Source: Callorhinchus milii
Lineage: Eukaryota
Assembly (NCBI RefSeq): GCF_018977255.1
Contig: NW_024704743.1
Span: forward strand, 63,800,001-63,864,000
Direction of reading: 5' to 3'
Length of the DNA: 64,000 nt
Part shown: positions 52,416-63,854 of the stretch, piece after piece
How positions within the stretch are numbered: position 1 is the first letter of the stretch
How the letters are laid out: each line of letters begins with the position of its first letter
Program-made: the position numbers and the translations under genes
The notes under the pieces: generated by a model
What the model was told of the DNA's origin: nothing
The model's database searches: none
The model's input: only the letters and a program-made list of their open reading frames with translations

Positions 52416-55400
52416 GATATGGACTAACAGCATATCCCGAGACATTACAATTCTCCAGTCTTTTTTTATATATGTTCTGAATTTATATACCGTGATTTTG
52501 AAACAAACACTAACATTACACTAATATAGATACGCTAATGTCAGAAGTAGATGAATATGCAATTTAAATATAAATTATTTTAAACACACCCTTTGTCCTG
52601 AATTCCCTTTTCCTTTTCTACCTAATTAAATATTTTCTAAATCACATTTCTTTTATAAGCTAACCTTTAAATGCTTTGCATCTAAGCAATGCTTTGTGGA
52701 GTCCTGTAGCATATTAGAGCGCTCATGAACCCGGGTTCAATTTCTGGGCAGGCAAAACCTTGAGCAAGTTTTCTTACGCCACATGCCTCTGTTTACTTAG
52801 CAGTTACTAGGAACCCGATTGTTAGTCGATTGGTGGATCGCTTTGCGGGGGTGATAATCCCTTAAAAAGAATTGGTCATTCAATCCATGACTGTTTGTGG
52901 TACACTGCTGTGCACAATTATTACTATTATTATCACTTTGTTTCCTGCCAGCCACTGACCATTTTGGATCTGGAGCAATTTAAAAAACCTTTGTCTTTGA
53001 TTGCCTACAACAGCTCCAAAAAGACGTAAAGAGAGTCTATGTAAATCTCTCCTAATTCATTAAAAAAAAGAGGGGCTGCCAATAACCAAGTATACTTGTC
53101 TGGCTGCCCACACAACCACATCATATCTGGATGAGTAACTTCATCTGCAGTGTCTTAGTTATGCTTTACTACTGAATGAGCTAAAACTAATATACTAATC
53201 GTAGTAAAACACAACAGTGAGCTTGGTACCCAGAGCTTAATTTTATCAGGGATTAAAAATTCAAAACTAAAGTGCACTGGATATCATAGTGATTCTGATT
53301 TCACCTCAAAATTCCTTTCAGGCTGCAATAAGAAAATCTTTGTAAATCTTTTCAACCTTTTATCATTCTTTTTTAGCTGAGTGAAAACAAATCACCATGA
53401 AAAAATATCTTTTAAAAGTATTCCTTCAAAATTATTTTGTAATTTCTGTACAGCTAAAAAATGACATTTTATGAGGGATAATGATTTCATTACATTGTCT
53501 ACAGAATAGTACAGTAAATAGCCTACAATAATTCTGCGTAAGAACCACATGTATTTTGATCTGAACGTCTCACTCAAGCCTAATTCTATACCAAGTATTA
53601 ATAAAACCCCAACCTGTGCTGTTGGGAGCTACGATAATCTTATTCACTGAGCATGTGCTAGCTTGTTCCTTGTGTGTTTCCTTGCTCAACAAATATTTTA
53701 TCCCTATTTTAGCATTGGAAAGTAAAGTGGCCGATCTCCAGGTCATTAAGTCGTTGCGGATATCACTTCTTGATTTGTGTGCAAGTCAAACAGGAAGTGA
53801 TATTGGTGGCAAACAGCTGACTCGGAAATCAGACATTTTAGCGCAAAAGCTGTCTTACACGTGGGAAGCAAGTGGGCCTGCTGTGTGTACACACAGTGAA
53901 TGGGGTTTACACTGCAACCACATTGTAACAGAATTTGCACTAAGAATCGTGTTATAATGGGGCCCCACCATATCTGCCTTTTTTCTGATTTCCCACACAG
54001 TGTGTTTTCAACCTTGGTCATAGTGGCAGAGATCCAGCCAGAGACTTTCTTTGAAGGAAAGAGTGGAAAATGCCAGTCACTCACTGACAACGGGAAGGGG
54101 AACTATAAATCAGCCGTACCACATTTTCGGTCAGGCAGTGTTATCAGGGGCCTGGGAGGACGATACTCAGCCTCTTATATTTATAAAATATTCGCGCAGT
54201 TTTAAAACATAAAACAGATCAGGAGACTTTTTCATACAAATCTAAATAAAAAAAGTGTTAAAATGGTTTTGCATATCATACACCAGTGCTCATGGTGAGG
54301 TGAATGATAAATAATTTAGCATATTTAGTTTGAAATTGTGTTTGTACAGTTTTTAAATGAATGATAATTACTTAATGGTGAATTGGATGTCACAAAATTA
54401 TCTCCAAATGTCCTATGCAACCGTAATAATACTTTAAAATATATTTTTTCACTATTACTGCCAAGAATTCAGTATTCAAAGATTACATTTTAAAAGCAAA
54501 TAAGAAAGCTTTTTACTCATCAACCCAGAATATGAATGGGTTCAATAGTCCCATGAGTACTTTATAAACATGTTTTTAAAGAATATCACATGCCTGTGTT
54601 ATCTCACTCTAAGTGCAAAGGATTTGCTTTGCTGCAATCTATATATAGTTGAATAGATGTAATAAAAATGGAATTTAGCTGTTCTGAAAATCTGGTACGT
54701 TAATTGCACTATCACTTTGAGATACAAAAGGAAGACAAGAATGGCTGGTATGTGAGTAACTAAAAGATATCACATTACCAACCATTAAATCAGATTCATT
54801 CCAAAGGTGTAGTGACCAAACAACTAATGAGTGACTCACGACATGCCTTGACATTCTGTTCATAATGTATTTTTAAATGATTATCTTTATGGATTTGTAA
54901 TTTAACGGGAATAAATGAAGGAGACAAGGAGTAAGAGATGCGGTTGTAGACTGTCCACTATATTCCTAACATGGATTCAATAACAATACCTGATATGCAT
55001 GAAATTAAGGAGAGGTTGAAAACGAGGAATCTATAATATTTCAAAACCCCTGAAGGAGATTAAGTATCAAATTCTTAGACCTATCTCATTTCCAAACAGA
55101 ATTTGATTACGATTGAATCACTGAGCTAACTATAGTTCCATGACATGAAATCACACAGATTATTGTTCAACCAATTTACAGATCAATAGTAATGGATTAG
55201 TGAAGATACATTAGCCATGAACCTGCTTAATTGATGATTTCAGGATAAAAAATCTATTATTGTACATTATTGCTGTGTATCCATGTAACAGTGTATATTC
55301 AAAGATAGAGCTATACAGTAATTCTTAAATGGATTCAATATGCATGAAATTAAGGAAAGCGGTTGCAAACAAGAAATATGTAATATTAAAAGTAAGGAAG

Positions 55401-55652
55401 TGCTCGAGTGTAATATATAATAAAAATCATATTGTATCATGGTTGCTAAATAGGAGACAGAAAGCCAGTTTGAAAGGGCTTTCAATGATTGGCAGGCAGT
55501 GACAGGAACTAAGACGCTTAGAATTTAATTCATTACTTCACAAGGAGGGATGAGAAGATGCAGAATGCTCTGTCTGGAAAGCTGCAGAGGTGAAACCAAT
55601 AGGAATGTTCAAAAGAGAGATAGACAGATACTTGAGTGGTTTTAAGGGATAT

Positions 55653-56204
55653 GGCAAAAGGAGAGGCCAATAGGATTAAACAATCTGCCAATATCTAATA
55701 AACTGAGGGGAAAGGCTCACTGGGCTGAATAGCCTTTTTGGGTTTCTTATGTTCCTAATATCATATCTGAATCATTCAGTACCTTCCTCTAATTGGAGGC
55801 ACACTATTCACACACCTCTCAATAATTCTCTCTTCAAAATAGATCAGCTATTTGAAGCAGGGAATCCGGTTCTGTGTCATTTTTCCTCCCAATATATAAG
55901 TTGTGATTATGTCAAAGTGATTTGGTCCAAGCAAACCCCTACAGTGATACATTATTTGACGTCTTAGGGAAACTCCAGTGGGAAGTGCTACATTGCTGGA
56001 GGTGCCGCTCTGATCTATTTTGGAGAGAGAATTATTGAGAGGTGTGTGAATAGTGTGCCTCCAATTAGAGGAAGGTACTGAATGATTCAGATATGATATT
56101 AGGAACATAAGAAACACAAAAAGGCTATTCAGCCCAGTGAGCCTTTCCCCCCAGTTTATTAGATATTGGCAGATTGTTTAATCCTATTGGCCTCTCCTTT
56201 TGCC
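55653..56204. repeat. 195-bp inverted duplication with a 162-bp spacer
   Basis: 55653-55847 is the reverse complement of 56010-56204 with 3 mismatches by eye. Confidence 0.95.
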
Positions 56205-56471
56205 GCTCTTTGAATGACTATTAAACAGAGGCTCCATTTGTGTTTCCAGGAAGATGTTAAAAATCCCATGATCCCATTTGGAAAATGAAAGGATTGTCTT
56301 TTCGTCCTTTGGATTAATTGTTCATTTATCTCATGTTGTTTGTGGGCCCCTTCTAGAGCGTATGGCTGCCATGTTGTCCCCACGACAGTCACTTCACTCG
56401 ATTTATTATATGCTTTGAGACTATTTGAAGGTGCTAAAAATTAGTTTTTTTTCTTTTTTAAAAAAAATGGG

Positions 56472-57128
56472 TGGGTGAATTACATCAGGATTATATATAA
56501 AGAGTGCTGTTTAGCATGATTTTTACTGAACATTCTCAATTCACTTTGCAGAAGCAAAGCCTTTAAATAAAGTTTATGTAATATCTGTTCCATTCCAGAC
56601 ACAGGGAAATTTCCATGCGTAGGTGGCATGCATACATGAAACTCAATCTGGTTTGTATACTCTTGAGCATTATGTTCGATTTCCACATATGTAAGACACA
56701 TGGCTGACCAAGTTTAAAACAGAATTTACTGTTCAGGCACCATCACTCTGAATACTGGTCTCCATAGCTGTATTTGTGGATGTTTTGAAATTGATTATAC
56801 TGAAGTCTTTTTAGCTGCTTCAGAAGCATGAACCATTCATGTACGTCACCACAGTTTAATACTTTTTTTGTTGATGAAAATGAATCATATATCTGATGAA
56901 CAACGTTTGGGAAGTCAGGTAATTTCCGTACTATTAAAAAAACTATTTAACTTTTTTGCCTTCTTTCAAGGAAAAAAGAATGTCAAGCTCTTTGACTTTG
57001 ACAGATATTACATAAACTTTATTCAAATGCTTTGTTGCTGGACTCAATGAGCTGGGTGAATTACATCAGGATTATATATAAAGAGTGCTGTTTAGCATGA
57101 ATTTTATTGAACATTCTCAATTCACTTT
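56472..57128. repeat. 76-bp dispersed direct repeat
   Basis: 56472-56547 and 57053-57128 differ at 2 positions. Confidence 0.92.
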
Positions 57129-57952
57129 ATCTCTCTACAAAGGTAGGGCACATCTTGTTCTCCCTCCCACATGAAGTACGTTACAAAAAATCTGTGCAAT
57201 GCCTTTCAAAAATAAATACAGGATTTTCTTCTTCACCCGTGTATGAAGAAGAAAATCAAAAGAAACCAACTCAACTGTGGGTTACCATGACAAGTCAACC
57301 ATCAGGTCAGTGTGGACTATTGAATTAATTCAGTTTTTGATTACTTGAAACAGCCAGTTCTATGACCGCATCATTAAAGGAAAGAAGCAATTAAAATCAT
57401 CAGAGAAGGATGCCAATGAGCTTGTCGCATAGAGATTTTAAATGTCATGTCACTTTTCTCAGTATATTTTTAATGATACTACTTCTTTATAATGTAAATA
57501 GGTCTCTTCTGAGTTTGAACATATTAATCAAATTGCTTTAAATTACATGAATATTATAACTGTCCTGACTTCACCACGTGCCACTTTATGGGAATACTAA
57601 TTGCTTAATTAAAAATGTTTTTATCAGACTAGAAATTCTTTCTAATTCAACTGTGATGGATAACATTTAGCAAGATATACTATCTAATTCAACTGTGTGT
57701 CAGCTTGGCTCAGTGGCAACACTTTTTGTCAGAAGGTTGTGGGTTCAAGTCCCACATCACATAGTCAAGCTGACACACCATTGCTGGGGGTATGCTGTAT
57801 TGTTGGAGGTGTCGTTTTTCAGGTGAGACGTTAAACTGAGCTACCTTCTGCCTGTTCATGTGGACTTTAAAGATCCCATGGCATTACTTGAAAAGATTTC
57901 TCCCGGTATCCTAACCAACAATCCCCCAAATAATATTGGTCACTCGCTTCAT

Positions 57953-58273
57953 GTCCTGTAGCTCAGTGGTTGGAGCACTCGCTTTGCAAGTGAGAGACCT
58001 GAGTTCAATTCCAGGCAGGGCGAAACCTTGGGCAAGTTTCCTTACTCCACATGCCTAATAATAATCCCTCCAAAACCCAAAACAATAATTAAATTGGTCA
58101 TTTTCAATCTACGACTGTTTGTGGGACATTGCTGTGCGCAATTGGCTGCCGCGTTCGCCCACAAATATACAGTCAATTCACTTTACAGTGTGTTCTGTGA
58201 AGCGCTTTGGGACGTCCTCTCGACGTGAAAAGAGCTATATCAAATGCAAGGATTATTATTATTACTATTATTA
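57953..58273 (+). mobile_element. Young SINE, short subfamily, inserted in an older SINE
   Basis: Full-length copy; the flanks rejoin as an old Deu-type SINE (ctcgcttcat|ggctgtttt). Confidence 0.92.
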
Positions 58274-58408
58274 TGGCTGTTTTGTGGGACATTACTGTGC
58301 GCAACTGGCTGCCGCATTTCGTCCACAAAATACAGTCAAAAACCACTTTAAAGTATAAGCGCTTTGGGACGTCCTCCTGACGTGAAAAGCGCTATATCAA
58401 ATGCAAGG

Positions 58409-58440
<32 letters not shown>

Positions 58441-58755
58441 CCTGTAAAGTGCTTTGAGACGACACAAAGCGCCTCAAATGCAAGAATTATTTATTATATT
58501 ATTATCTCTACAATATAAATTTCAAACAAATAGCTTACATTGCCTTTCCCATCCCCAAATCCAAATAAATTGGTTACTTATCTTCTAATAAAATAATAAA
58601 ATGGTGGTACAGGCTCCACGAGATAAACAATCTACTGTTACTCTCTTTTTATCTTCTTGACCCCTCTTGACTCCAACCCCCACCTCAGGTGCAAACCCTT
58701 GACTAACCAGAGTCTTTGGACGTCCTCCTGATGTGAAAGGCACTATATAAATGCA

Positions 58756-58972
58756 GACGTCGCTGAGAACCCTCAGCAGGTCAGGCAGCATCTATGGAGA
58801 AAGGAAAGTGAGTCAACGTTTTGGGTCCACAACCCTTCATCAGAACATTGTGGACCAGAAACGTTGACTCACTTTCCTTTCTCCATAGATGCTGCCTGAC
58901 CTGCTGAGTGTTCCCAGTGACTTCTGTTTTTGTTTCAGATTTCCAGCATCCACAGTATTTTGCATTTTTTTT
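58756..58972. mobile_element. Palindromic Penelope-like terminal-repeat derivative with a hammerhead-like core
   Basis: 61-bp inverted arms (58772-58832 and 58848-58908, 2 mismatches), 14-bp flanking direct repeat actatataaatgca (58742-58755 and 58973-58986), and ctgatga-agggttgtggaccc-aaaacgtt on the minus strand. Confidence 0.7.
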
Positions 58973-59529
58973 ACTATATAAATGCAATTTGCTGTTATCT
59001 TAACTACTAGAAAATATTCAATAAATAGTGAAGCATAATGTTGAGGGTTAAGGGTATATTTGGGGATTTAAATATTTAAATGACCTTTTTTAGAGAGAAT
59101 AAGACTAACGTCAGGACAAGCAACAGAGAAACCAAAACAAACACAGAAAGAGAGAGAATGGCACAGGATCAAAGGTAACAAGAAACTCAAGACAAAAATT
59201 AACAATTCACAAATCAACCACCTGCTGTCTGTTGTACCGTTTTCAGAACTGCTGAAATCGGAGAATATTTGCCAGTTTAATAAATACACATTCCACATTA
59301 GTTACAGGGCAAGAGATTAACTGAGCTAATCTCCCCTCCCCAGCTACTCATAATTCCAACAGCTGTAAATTGCAATGAAGTTAAAAAAAAGGTTGTCATT
59401 GATTGAAAATCATTGTAAAAGCCAGGACACAGGCACAGAGTATGTCTGTCCTCCTCATTGCTCTACTTCACATCTAAGGCTGCTACTGCTTCACTGTCCA
59501 TAGAAAATACACACACAAAATACAATCAA

Positions 59530-59712
59530 ATCTATGGAGAAAGGAAAATGAGTCAACTTTTCGGGTCCACGACCCTTCATCAGAATTGGCGCCATGACCC
59601 TTCGTCAGTTCGACAGAAACGTTGACTCACTTTTCTTTCTCCATAGATGCTGAGTGTTCCCAGCGACTTCTGTTTTTGTTTTCAGATTTCCAGCACCTGC
59701 AGTATTTTGTGT
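59530..59712. mobile_element. Second copy of the palindromic Penelope-like element
   Basis: Same arms; minus strand reads CTGATGA-AGGGTC-GTG-GACCC-GAAA. Interrupts a SINE tail (atacaatcaa|ttcactttac). Confidence 0.7.
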
Positions 59713-60259
59713 TTCACTTTACAATAGGTTTGTTCTGTGAAGCACTTTGAGACATCTCGAAGAAGTCTCAATATCAAATGCAAGGAGTATTATATTATTA
59801 TAGAAAACAGAGAAAAGAGCAATAAGATAGTTCACAGAAAAAAAAATGGACAGTAATGCTCTGTGATACTTTTTTTTGCCTCACTCTTCCTGAAGGTGAA
59901 GGTGGTGACTTGATTTGGGGTGCAGTTCCATGGACAGCTTTGCTGCACTTCAGCCAATCTACTTCTTACCCCAGTGAGGACAGTAAGCAGGGTTTCCCTG
60001 GGGACTGAGCTCGCTGCAAGGTGACGTATGTGGCAAAGGAATGTCGGAATTGAGTCTTTCCTCTATGATAGTCCCAGTGGTTTGGTTGCTGAGCCACAGG
60101 TGGGTCCACAGTACTCCAGAACACCGCTGATGACAGACCAGCCAGCTTGTCTTGTAGGCAGGACTTAAACGGCCAAACTGGCCACTGTCTCAGGGATTCT
60201 TCCCACTCAGCTCTGAGTAACCTTCCAAGACAAAGCCCTCAGGGGTAAAGTGGTCTAAT

Positions 60260-60645
60260 GAACATAGGAACAGGTGTAGGATATTCAGCCCATCAAACCT
60301 GTTCCGTCATTCTATAAGATCATAGCTGATCTGTACATAATTACCTGCCCTTGCCCCATATCTCTCAATACCCTAGTACCCAATAAATATCTATTCACCT
60401 CAGTCTTGAAAATTTGAATGCATCCAGCATCCACAGCCTTTTATATAGATTCATAGCTTCATAGAATATTACAGCACACAAGGAGGCTATTCGGCCCATC
60501 GTGCCTGTGCCAGCTCTTTGGAAGAGCTACCCAATCAGTCCCACAACCCCGTTCTTTCCCCACATCCTTGCAAATATTTCCTTTTCAATTCCTTTTTGAA
60601 AGTTGTTATTGAATCTGTTTCCACCACCCTTTCAGGCAGTGCATT
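60260..60645 (-). mobile_element. Two adjacent CR1 3'-end fragments
   Basis: aacataggaacaggtgtaggatattcagccc and tcatagaatattacagcacacaaggaggctattcggccc are reverse complements of CR1-type termini. Confidence 0.7.
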
Positions 60646-63133
60646 TTGGGGGAGAGAGTTCCAGATTTCTGGATCAGCAGATAGCTGGGTCAGCAGTGAA
60701 AAGCTTGCCAGGCAATGTTCTAAATGACAAGCTATGTAGTTTTAACTGGTTAAACTCCAGCAGTACCGCAACACAATCTCTGGGGTCCTCAAGCCTTGGG
60801 TCTCACCAACTTGTGCCAAATACTCTTCAGAATTAGGTTAACAGGTGCACCCTTCCAGGGAGAGACTGCATATTCCATTCTAGACACAGAGAAATTTCCG
60901 GACATAGGTTGCATATGTACATGGAACTCTCAGTCTGATTTGGATGCTCTTAAACATGGTGATGGGTTTCCACGTGCCACATTGCACCTCGCTGAACAAA
61001 ATAAAAATGCCCATATCTCACCTGTCCACATAGACAATGAATATTTGGAAGCTAACTGAGCATTACAGCGGAACCTGATCTTGCTATGTCCCAACATACA
61101 TGCATCTGTGCACAAATTGGCTGCTGCGTTTATGTATAAAATACACAGTCACTGCACATTACAGAGTAATTCCTATGAAGCACTTTGAGATGTCCTCCTG
61201 ATGTGAAAGATGTTATATTAAATGTAAGAATTAATATTATTATTATTCATCTGGTGATAAGAACCCATTGTGCAAAAAACTAGCACCTTATTATTGCTTA
61301 AATAGAATGGAAATAATTAGCACCAAGTTAATTATTGTTCTTGTGCTCCACAGTGCCAAAATAAATACTTGATAAATACAGGCCTTTTTACTTTCTGGAC
61401 ATAGTTGGGAGGAGGAACTTAGTGCTAATGGCCTAAGGCACTGTGTCTGATTCGATTTACTGTAGAAAGCAGGAAGGCAGCACCATTTTCTTATTAATGA
61501 TTAACAAGCTCAAATGGATCATCAGGGTTGCAACTGCTGCCAGTTGGCCACCCAGTTAATAATAAATTTGCATTTTATATAGTGCCTTATCACATCTTTG
61601 AGACATCTCAAAGCATTTCACAGTGAATTGACTGTATATTTTGTGGGCGAAACTGTTTCCATCATCCTGTTATGTAACAGTCAGACTGTATCATTTTTTA
61701 CTATTAGGTTTTACTCTTGTTGTCTTTCATTTTGATCTTTCCCATGTATCATCCAGCAACATGAGTAAACATGTGGCACAGTTCCATGCCACTGTAGCTG
61801 TAGCAATCCAGGAGAGAGAAAGAAAAAACACCAACAATATCACTCATAAACAAGCACAATAGAGCCTTTGGAGATCCAATGGCACTTTTTCTTTAAGAGC
61901 CACATCTTACATAGGTCTTGATGACTCGTGTATTTGTTGAGCTATTTACTAAGAAAGCCAATCCAGGAAAGTGAAAATTAAATTATTTTCACTAATTACA
62001 GCTTCCATTTAATTTGCTGCAACCTTGTCTTGGTGACTGGTGTGAAATTTAAATTTCACAGGTGAGAGAATTCTTTGTTCTCTCCTATTACCCTTTTAGA
62101 TGAAGCGGCTGGCATTCAAACAGTGGGAATAAATGCTAGCTATTAATGATTAACAAAGAGAAAAATACTCAAATCTTTTGAAAGCTCCACACAAAGATGA
62201 GTAATGATGTTTTATTCTGCAGAAATAAACATGATCTTGTTTTAGAATTTGCTTTAAGAGCATCAAATTCTTTTTTGGATTAATCATATGTTAAGCATTT
62301 CTATCTACTTTCCATTCCAAAATGGATATTTCTCACTTTAATGATCATAAACATTACCTTCGCTTTTTATTCCCCCACATAGACATAAAAGGACAGAACA
62401 TGGACTACAATGTCATTGCTTGCCCCACTTTCCTAAGCATATCAGGAAACTAAAAAGAATTAGGCACTGAGCACTTAAATGTTATCTGTGCAGCACAGCC
62501 TAAGAGCTACTTACAAACTTTGATTCACAGCATTTTGACTTGACATCTCCCATCATGATTTTTGAAACTCTGTCATCAGCATTAACATTATAAAGCTCAG
62601 CAGTCAAGCTGCTTTACAGACCAAACTGTACATTTTTTTTTGAAAATTGTGCTCCTTGTTACTAAATCCTTAAAAGCTACACAAATCAGATTGTGATTTT
62701 TTGCGTAGTCTAACACAATGCGGAAGCCCATCACCGAGGCTTCTGATTAAATGACAAAATACAGAGAATCATCTTCCCCAGTTGGCGCTGTTTGGAAGCA
62801 CACTAACATTCCATTCTACAGGAGATTCGTATGAAATGCTAAGCCTGGCATTAGTTTCTGCATTTTTTCATCAAGTGCCTTTTAATTTCATAGTTTCTCA
62901 TTCTAGTTTTTTGTTCTGTCATCTACGCTAGTCAACTGTTCTACGTGACTAAACATGTGGCACAGCACTGCTGTGAGCAATTGGCTGCTGCGTTTCACCC
63001 ACAAAATATACAGTCAATTCACTTTACAGTATATTCTGTGAAGCAATTTGAGACATCTGAAAGATGTGTTATAAGGCGCTATATCAAATGCAAGGATTAT
63101 TATTATTATATGCCAATCATCCATTAAATTGAT

Positions 63134-63454
63134 GGAGTCCTGTAGCTCAGTGGTTAGAGCACTCGCTTTGCAAGCGAGAGACCTGAGTTCAATTCCAGGC
63201 AGGTCAGGGCGAAACCTTGGGCAAGTTTCCTTACTCCACACGCCTAATAATAATCCCTCCAAAACCAAAAACAATAATAAAAAAATTGGTCATTTTCAAT
63301 CTACGACTGTTTGTGGGACATTGCTGTGCGCAATTGGCTGCCGCGTTCGCCCACAAATATACAGTCAATTCACTTTATAGTGTGTTCTGTGAAGCGCTTT
63401 GGGACGTCCTCCCGACGTGAAAAGCGCTATATCAAATGTAAGGATTATTATTAT
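63134..63454 (+). mobile_element. Young tRNA(Ala-like)-headed SINE, short subfamily, full length
   Basis: A box TAGCTCAGTGG, anticodon-like stem ctcgc-tttgcaa-gcgag, B box GTTCAATTCC, Deu-like central block tgtttgtgggacattgctgtgcgcaattggctgccgcgtt, L2-type stem-loop tail, (TTA)n. Confidence 0.93.
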
Positions 63455-63850
63455 ACTAAACTTTGAGGCTCAAAGGGCAGAGTGATCATAACATGATAGA
63501 ATTTAGTATTAAGTTAGAGAGTGATGTAGTCAAATCCGAAGCAAGGGTCTTAAATTTAAATAAAGCTAACTTTGCAGGTATGAGGGAGGAATTAGCTAAA
63601 ATAGACTGGAGAACTGGATTAATGGATATGACAATAGACCAACAGTGGCAGACGTTTAAAGATGTAGTGCAAAATTCTCAGCGGTCACATATTCCCTGAG
63701 GAATAAGAGTACCACAGGGAAAGCAGTTCATCCGTGGCTAACTAGAGCAGTTAGAGAAAGTATAAAACTAAAAGAAAAGGCCTATAAAACTGCCAAAAAA
63801 GTAGCAAACCTGAGGACTGGGTGTGTTTTAAGGACCAACAAAGGAAAAAC
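63455..63850 (+). mobile_element. CR1 LINE ORF2 fragment (end of endonuclease domain and linker)
   Basis: SDHNMIEF...LNLNKANFAGMREELAKIDW...QQWQTFK, then a PWLT motif. Bounded by a SINE and an L2 tail. Confidence 0.85.
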
Positions 63851-63854
63851 AAAA

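Noticed and set aside
53616..54205. Overlapping 101-114 aa ORFs in slightly CpG-richer sequence
   Set aside because: No recognisable domain, no MOCOS motifs and no convincing splice pattern; likely chance ORFs or a decayed repeat.
57141..57304. Possible plus-strand exon (aag|GTAGGG...CATCAG|gtcagt, open frame)
   Set aside because: The peptide resembles nothing I recognise, no partner exons were found, and its acceptor region abuts the 76-bp duplication.
63134..63215. Apparent tRNA-Ala(TGC) genes at the SINE heads
   Set aside because: A/B boxes and the anticodon stem are present, but each continues into the SINE body and tail, with imperfect T and acceptor stems. These are tRNA-derived heads, not tRNA genes.
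9959..63420. Recurrent ORFs MGKFPYST...DCLWDIAVRNWLPRSP...KCKDYYYY (at 9959, 22458, 26388, 40497, 47589, 58028, 63217) looking like a small gene family
   Set aside because: Each coincides with a SINE copy. Starts are mostly non-ATG, frames shift between copies, and the poly-Tyr end is the (TTA)n tail.
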